The translations under genes and the position numbers were made by a program. Under the pieces are notes generated by a model. The model did not search any database. It was given only the letters and a program-made list of their open reading frames with translations, and was not told the origin of the DNA. A stretch of DNA of 11,976 nucleotides from an uncultured Deinococcales bacterium (GTDB lineage Bacteria; Deinococcota; Deinococci; Deinococcales; JAAFIG01), in NCBI GenBank assembly GCA_964244895.1, contig CAXTKV010000166.1:1-11976 (forward strand). The letters run 5' to 3'. Shown here piece after piece: positions 7,495 through 11,976 of this stretch. Position 1 is the stretch's first letter; each line of letters opens with the position of its first letter.

Positions 7495-7827
7495 ATGAAC
7501 GAGGGCATGTTCTGCCCCGCCGCGAGCGCCATCGGAATCCTTCAGGAAAAATGGACGCTCTTTATCGTCCGTTCCCTTCTGGAAGGGCCAAAAGGTTTCA
7601 ACGAGCTGCGCCGCGAGATCGACTGCAATCCCAGCACGCTTTCCGATCGCGTGGACACGCTCGAACGCGCCGGGATCATCACCAAAACGGTGCATTCCAC
7701 CATGCCGCCGCGCACCAGCTACGAACTGACCTGCGCGGGGCGCGAGCTTCAGAGCGTGATCGACGCGATCGACACCTGGGCGCGCGCGTACCTGAAGCCC
7801 GAATCCGAACTGGTCGAAGCCGGTTAA
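7495..7827 (+). CDS. HxlR/DUF24 (MarR-type) winged-helix regulator with N-terminal Cys
   Basis: FCPAASAIGILQEKWTLFIV...FNEL...LERAGII...PPRTSYELT..G.EL. Confidence 0.92.
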   Translation: MNEGMFCPAASAIGILQEKWTLFIVRSLLEGPKGFNELRREIDCNPSTLSDRVDTLERAGIITKTVHSTMPPRTSYELTCAGRELQSVIDAIDTWARAYLKPESELVEAG

Positions 7828-7857
7828 AACGAAGCCGGCTAAAACGAAGCCGGTCAA
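7815..7857 (+). repeat. 15-bp tandem repeat x~3 spanning the stop codon
   Basis: CGAAGCCGGTTAAAA / CGAAGCCGGCTAAAA / CGAAGCCGGTCAA. Confidence 0.9.
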
Positions 7858-7921
7858 CGCCCGTCGCGCTTTGGGTTTGCTCGAGATGCCGACGTGACCG
7901 CGTTCCGGTACGATATCCAGC

Positions 7922-8356
7922 ATGAACGGTTGCCTTCGCGCGTTGGTGATTCTCGGCGTCGTGGTCGCCCTCGGGATCGGTGCGCTGGTGTTCGTGGGCG
8001 TGAATTTCTGGAATCGCGTCGGCCCGAGCGTCCAGGGTTTCCTGAAACTCCCGCAGCAGATCGAACGCGTCGTGCCCGACCTCAAGGGCATCGGCGTGAA
8101 CTTCCGCGACCAGAACGGTCGGCGCACGCTGCACCTGGACGCCCGCGTGCCTTTCGACCCCACCAGCGCGCCGCGCGCCCCGCAGATCGCCAATCAGATC
8201 CTGGGCATCGTGCAATCGCAGATGCCAAAGGATTTGCCCGTGCAGCGCCTCGAGGTGCGCCTGTACCGCGAGCAGAACGGCGGGCGTCAGGAAAAAGTCT
8301 TCAGCTTCGACCTGACCAACCCGAAACCCGCTCCCGTGCCGCGCGGCTCGAGCTAA
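7922..8356 (+). CDS. Hypothetical protein, N-terminal membrane anchor plus ~90-aa unknown domain
   Basis: 144 aa with TM at residues ~7-27. TACGAT (7909-7914) lies 7 nt before ATG. Paralogous to the C-terminus of 8943..10208. Confidence 0.85.
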   Translation: MNGCLRALVILGVVVALGIGALVFVGVNFWNRVGPSVQGFLKLPQQIERVVPDLKGIGVNFRDQNGRRTLHLDARVPFDPTSAPRAPQIANQILGIVQSQMPKDLPVQRLEVRLYREQNGGRQEKVFSFDLTNPKPAPVPRGSS

Positions 8357-8403
8357 AACCCGCGCCAGACGGTGTTTGCACTGTGTATACCGTCTGGCAC
8401 GCT
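8357..8403. repeat. REP-like inverted doublet, copy 7 (opposite unit order)
   Basis: CGCGCCAGACGGTGT (8361-8375) and ATACCGTCTGGCACG (8387-8401). Confidence 0.7.
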
Positions 8404-8546
8404 AAAACGGATGCTCGAGTTTCGGATTTCGTGCAAAAGCCGAGCGCACCGGATCAATCGTGCGGGTCTCAGGGTGCTCGAGGTTCGCCCTCGAACAGTC
8501 GCGAGACTGCAAAATGAAGCCTGCAGCACGGAGAATTCCTCGAGAC

Positions 8547-8692
8547 TAGACCTGCCACGAACGTGATCGAATGCGTTCCGGGGGAAGGGTATGGACAAGC
8601 CCAACCTCTTCAACACCCTGTCCTGTAGGGGCAACCTTTATGGTTGCCCTCGAGTGAGGACGTACTCGAAACTGACGTTCGCAAGAAGTCTA
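8547..8692. mobile_element. Degenerate MITE-like element with imperfect terminal inverted repeats enclosing GTAG-type REP(s)
   Basis: Left end TAGACCTGCCACGAACGTGA vs reverse complement of right end TAGACTTCTTGCGAACGTCA (14/20). TA at both termini. Internal GTAG REP. Confidence 0.5.
8625..8650 (+). repeat. GTAG-family REP
   Basis: GTAG-GGGCAACC-TTTAT-GGTTGCCC: GTAG foot, perfect 8-bp stem, 5-nt loop. A decayed inverted partner lies at 8587-8612. Confidence 0.7.
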
Positions 8693-8942
8693 TTTGCGCT
8701 CAGGTTTCGCGACGGATTGACCCTCGCACGGAGCATCCCGAACCGGTGCGTCCGGGAGTTCCTTTTGAAGGGCGCAAAATGGTCGATCGGCACGCTGCAA
8801 CCTAGGCGCGATTCGGGCTGCACTTCCTTCAAGAATGTGTAACAAAATAGAAAATTAATTTTTTAACCCTAACCTCTGCGTACTCGAGAACCGTCCGAAA
8901 AAGACTGGATATCCCAGCCCGACGCGCTCGAGACCCCAGACC

Positions 8943-10208
8943 ATGGCCGTCCTTCGCCCAGACCCCCCCACGATTCGCGCCAGCATCGGCGCGGTCATCG
9001 GCGCATCGAGAGCTCTGGCACGCAACATCCCGGACGGTGCGATCACCTGGCTGGGCGCGCTCGGGCTGGCCGCCGCGCTCGAAATCTGGGCGCGAACCCA
9101 ACCCGAAGCCGCGACCGACCTCGGGCTTCGTTGGGGGTACGCGCACCTGGCGCTGGGCATGCTGTTCGCCACGCTGGTCGTGCGATCGCTCACGGACGCA
9201 CGGGTGCTGCCCCGAAGCTTGCGACGCCGACTGACCATCCTGAGCGCCTTGCTCTGCGCCGCGTGCGCCGCCTACACCCTGCCTGGCCTCGAGATCGCAA
9301 AGATCGACCTGCCCGCAGAGGCCAGCCTCGCGATCGGCCTGATCGTGCTTTTCGGATTGCTGCCCACCGCGACTGCCGCTCACGTCCGTCAGTCTGCACC
9401 GCGTCGGATCGCCCAGAATCTTGCCGTCCTGGTCGCCCTGTTCACCACCATGCTAGCGCTGATCCTGCTGGGCAACGTATCGGGATTGAGTGGTGCGGGA
9501 CTGGTGTGCGCCAGCCTGATCTCGTTCAGCCAACTGGTGTGGCCTTCAGGAAACGCTGCGCGCCAGAGACGAAAAAACTTGTCCGGCTGGGTGGGAAACG
9601 CCATCTACGCCAACCGCGAAGAGAACCCCAAATCCACGCGCACCCAGACCGACCACCCGACTGAAGCAGAAGCGACCAGACCGGAAGCCTCGACCGTAGA
9701 ATCTCAGCCAGAACCACAGGTGGTCAAACGCATGCGATTCCAAGCGCCGAATTTCACCCCGATCATCGATTACGAACTCGACCCGGACGACGGTCCACCC
9801 TCGAAGGAGACCGAAGAAACCCAACGCGCCTACCAACGCCCCCAAGGCACGCTGGAAGCATCGATCATCAGCAGCCTGGAATTGCTGGACCGGCTCGAGC
9901 AGTACGCCGGTGACGCCGACAAACTCAGCGTGCTGTACCGCCGCAGCGAAGGCGAGCGCGTGCTGCGGTGCAGCCTGGCCGTCAACTTTGACCCCTTAGA
10001 GGACGGCTGGACGGCCCTGGAAGTCGCCAACAAGATCCTCGAGATCGTCCGGGAGTTCACGCCGCGCGGCCTGAAGCTCATTCGGCTCGAGATTCGCATC
10101 TATCAGGAACGTTTCCGCCAGGGCGAACAGCGCCGATTCGAGCGCACCTTCAACTTCGATTTGACCAACCTGGAACCGCCCCCGCTCGAGTCACCCGACC
10201 AGCTTTAA
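8943..10208 (+). CDS. Hypothetical multi-pass membrane protein with low-complexity linker and C-terminal unknown domain
   Basis: 421 aa with ~6 TM in residues 30-200, an acidic/Pro-rich linker, and a C-terminal domain homologous to 7922..8356. Start codon uncertain (no RBS). Confidence 0.75.
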   Translation: MAVLRPDPPTIRASIGAVIGASRALARNIPDGAITWLGALGLAAALEIWARTQPEAATDLGLRWGYAHLALGMLFATLVVRSLTDARVLPRSLRRRLTILSALLCAACAAYTLPGLEIAKIDLPAEASLAIGLIVLFGLLPTATAAHVRQSAPRRIAQNLAVLVALFTTMLALILLGNVSGLSGAGLVCASLISFSQLVWPSGNAARQRRKNLSGWVGNAIYANREENPKSTRTQTDHPTEAEATRPEASTVESQPEPQVVKRMRFQAPNFTPIIDYELDPDDGPPSKETEETQRAYQRPQGTLEASIISSLELLDRLEQYAGDADKLSVLYRRSEGERVLRCSLAVNFDPLEDGWTALEVANKILEIVREFTPRGLKLIRLEIRIYQERFRQGEQRRFERTFNFDLTNLEPPPLESPDQL

Positions 10209-10270
10209 GAAAAGACCGTCCAGTACGGGGTATTTGACGATTCAAAGAACATCGTGCTGGACGGTCTTTC
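10209..10270. repeat. REP-like inverted doublet, copy 8
   Basis: AAAGACCGTCCAGTACG (10211-10227) and CGTGCTGGACGGTCTTT (10253-10269), between convergent genes. Confidence 0.85.
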
Positions 10271-10295
10271 GATGCTCGAGCTTGTTTGGGACTCG

Positions 10296-10376
10296 CGCCG
10301 CAGTGCCTTTAGCGCGTCTACGCCGCAGTGCACTCAACGCGTCTGTGCCGCAGTGCGCTCAACGCGTCTCCGCCGC
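10296..10376. repeat. 25-bp tandem repeat x3 spanning the helicase stop codon
   Basis: CGCCGCAGTGCCTTTAGCGCGTCTA / CGCCGCAGTGCACTCAACGCGTCTG / TGCCGCAGTGCGCTCAACGCGTCTC / CGCCGC. Confidence 0.9.
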
Positions 10377-11975
10377 GATCGCCTCCAGAAACCAGCGCGG
10401 CAGACGCTCGCGCTGCCGTCCGACCCAACTGCTAAAAAGCGCGTCCAGCACGTAGGTCACGGCGTGATCGTCGGCGGAACGCACCGCCCGACCGTAAGCC
10501 TGCACCAACCGCAAGGCCGTGCGCCACTCGTACCAGGCCGGGTCTATGGCGCGACGGGCCGCGACTTGCGGATCGCCCAGGTACGGGTACGGCACCTTGA
10601 CGATCACCTGCCAGCGCGCCAGATCGCCGTGCAGGTCGATGCCTTCGGTCATGGATGGCGTCAGCAGCACGCTGCCGCCGTGCCTGGATTTCGTAGGGCT
10701 CGAGAGGTGGCGCGAGAGCGCGTCCTCTCGGTCTTTTGGCCCCGTGTGGTACACCAATCGCGGCTGGTGGCGCGCGGGCAGATTCTCGATCAGGTAGCGC
10801 AGAATCCGGTACGAGTGCGCGTGAATCACGCCCTTGGTTTCGTGCTTGTCGAGCAATTTTGAAATCACTTCGGTCAGCCTGGGCAATTCCGCGTTCAGCG
10901 TGTCGCGGTTCAAACGCGCCACCGCCAGCGGGTAGATGGGTCGGTTGCGCGCTGGGAAGCTCGAGGGCACGCGGATGAACGCCGCGTCCTCTATCGGTAC
11001 GCCGAGCGCCCGCAAAAACGTCTCCGGATCGAGGATCGTGGCGGATAAAAACAGCACCCGGTGCGCGTGCTTGAAGATGTAGTCCTGGACGAAACTCGCC
11101 ACGCGCACGGGACGGAACTTCCACCACCACGCCCCGGAATCCTTCGCGCCGTCGAAGCCCAGCTCCATCTGCCCGCCTTCCTCGCAGACCCAGGCGTTCT
11201 CGTCGTCCTGCAAAAGGTGCAACCTCGAGACCAGACTCTCGAGTTCGGACTTGTGCATCGCCACGTCCGGCGGCACGTCCTGGAGCTTGGTTATTTCTTC
11301 CTCGAGCTTCACCAGCGACCGCACGATCTGCGGAATCAACTGCGTAGCGAAATGAATGCGCTCTTCCAAATCATCAGTGCGCGGAAATTCCAGGTGGATG
11401 CCCGCGCGCGCCAGCGTGGTTCTGGACAGACTCACCTCGACGAAACGCATCAGCATCTCTTCGGTATTGTGCGCCTCGTCCAGCACCAACAGATCGCGCT
11501 TGCCAAACGCACCCTGGTAGTTGGTTTCCGCCAGAAAATACGGGTAGTTGAGCGTCGCGACCTGCGCGTGAACCGCGTCATCCTTGGCGATCAGGTACGT
11601 GCAATCCTCGCAGATCGGGTACTTGCGGCCCGCCATGCACGGCGCAGCGCCCGCGTGCGTGTCCTGCACCAGACACGGGTAATTGGAACGGCCCTTGACC
11701 ACCGACAAATCCGGGAAATCCCGCACGTACTGATCCTGCAAGAGCTTCTGCGCCGTCAGGATGTACGCGCTTTTGGATTCGCGCGCCAGCGTGACCGCGA
11801 TGCCCGACTTGCCCGCGCCCGTCGGAGCCTCGATCACCACGAAGCGCTTGCCCTTCGCGAAGGCTTTGCGCGCCGCCTCGAGCGCCTCGCGTTGACCTGG
11901 GCGGTAACTGGCGTATGGAAAGTGTTCTGAAACTGTTGGCTCGAGCGGTTCCGGGTTCTCGAGCGCGGGTTCCAT
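10359..11975 (-). CDS. ATP-dependent DNA helicase, DinG/YoaA/XPD (Rad3-like) family with Fe-S cluster
   Basis: Q motif YRPGQ, Walker A APTGAGKS, KGRSNYPC..APC..PICEDC (4 Cys), DEAH, SAT, EGIDL, QAYGRAVRSADD. The start is at the window edge and may extend further. Confidence 0.92.
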   Translation of the reverse strand: MEPALENPEPLEPTVSEHFPYASYRPGQREALEAARKAFAKGKRFVVIEAPTGAGKSGIAVTLARESKSAYILTAQKLLQDQYVRDFPDLSVVKGRSNYPCLVQDTHAGAAPCMAGRKYPICEDCTYLIAKDDAVHAQVATLNYPYFLAETNYQGAFGKRDLLVLDEAHNTEEMLMRFVEVSLSRTTLARAGIHLEFPRTDDLEERIHFATQLIPQIVRSLVKLEEEITKLQDVPPDVAMHKSELESLVSRLHLLQDDENAWVCEEGGQMELGFDGAKDSGAWWWKFRPVRVASFVQDYIFKHAHRVLFLSATILDPETFLRALGVPIEDAAFIRVPSSFPARNRPIYPLAVARLNRDTLNAELPRLTEVISKLLDKHETKGVIHAHSYRILRYLIENLPARHQPRLVYHTGPKDREDALSRHLSSPTKSRHGGSVLLTPSMTEGIDLHGDLARWQVIVKVPYPYLGDPQVAARRAIDPAWYEWRTALRLVQAYGRAVRSADDHAVTYVLDALFSSWVGRQRERLPRWFLEAIAAETR

Positions 11976-11976
11976 T

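Noticed and set aside
7380..7532. N-terminal extension of YceI to 7532 (likewise flavin reductase to 4451)
   Set aside because: Overlaps neighbouring genes or promoters. Family homology and RBS indicate later starts.
8353..8842. Short ORFs in the 8357-8942 gap and 6538..6783
   Set aside because: They run through repeat elements, have atypical composition, and show no convincing start signals.
178..10270. REP doublets as integron attC sites or a dispersed CRISPR
   Set aside because: No consistent RYYYAAC/GTTRRRY ends, flanking genes are in mixed orientation with their own promoters, and no integrase is in the window.
10296..10376. 25-bp repeats as a CRISPR array
   Set aside because: Units are directly adjacent with no spacers, overlap a coding end, and no cas genes are present.

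Overview
GC-rich bacterial chromosomal window, probably Deinococcota. This is inferred from many TANNNT-N6/7-ATG leaderless starts and 17-bp RDRM-like boxes. Gene content in order: 3' end of an ABC ATPase; DinB-family protein; MFS transporter; MerR/GyrI-like regulator; 71-aa membrane protein; a quinone/aromatic detox-type cluster (flavin reductase, membrane protein, alpha/beta hydrolase, ring-cleaving dioxygenase/glyoxalase, YceI, divergent HxlR/DUF24 regulator); two hypothetical membrane proteins sharing an unrecognised ~90-aa domain; DinG/XPD-type Fe-S helicase. Most interesting signals: (1) two tandem RDRM (DdrO-box)-like palindromes over the promoter and start of the tiny membrane-protein gene, a candidate DNA-damage-induced effector; (2) a non-GTAG REP-like doublet family in 8 intergenic regions with near-constant 51-nt geometry; (3) a leaderless MQPT uORF plus anti-SD stem ahead of the MFS gene; (4) a TipA-like internal start in the MerR gene; (5) roughly 15-fold excess of CTCGAG; (6) a degenerate TA-bounded MITE-like element enclosing GTAG REPs. 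All counts and alignments were done by eye; no database searches were run.
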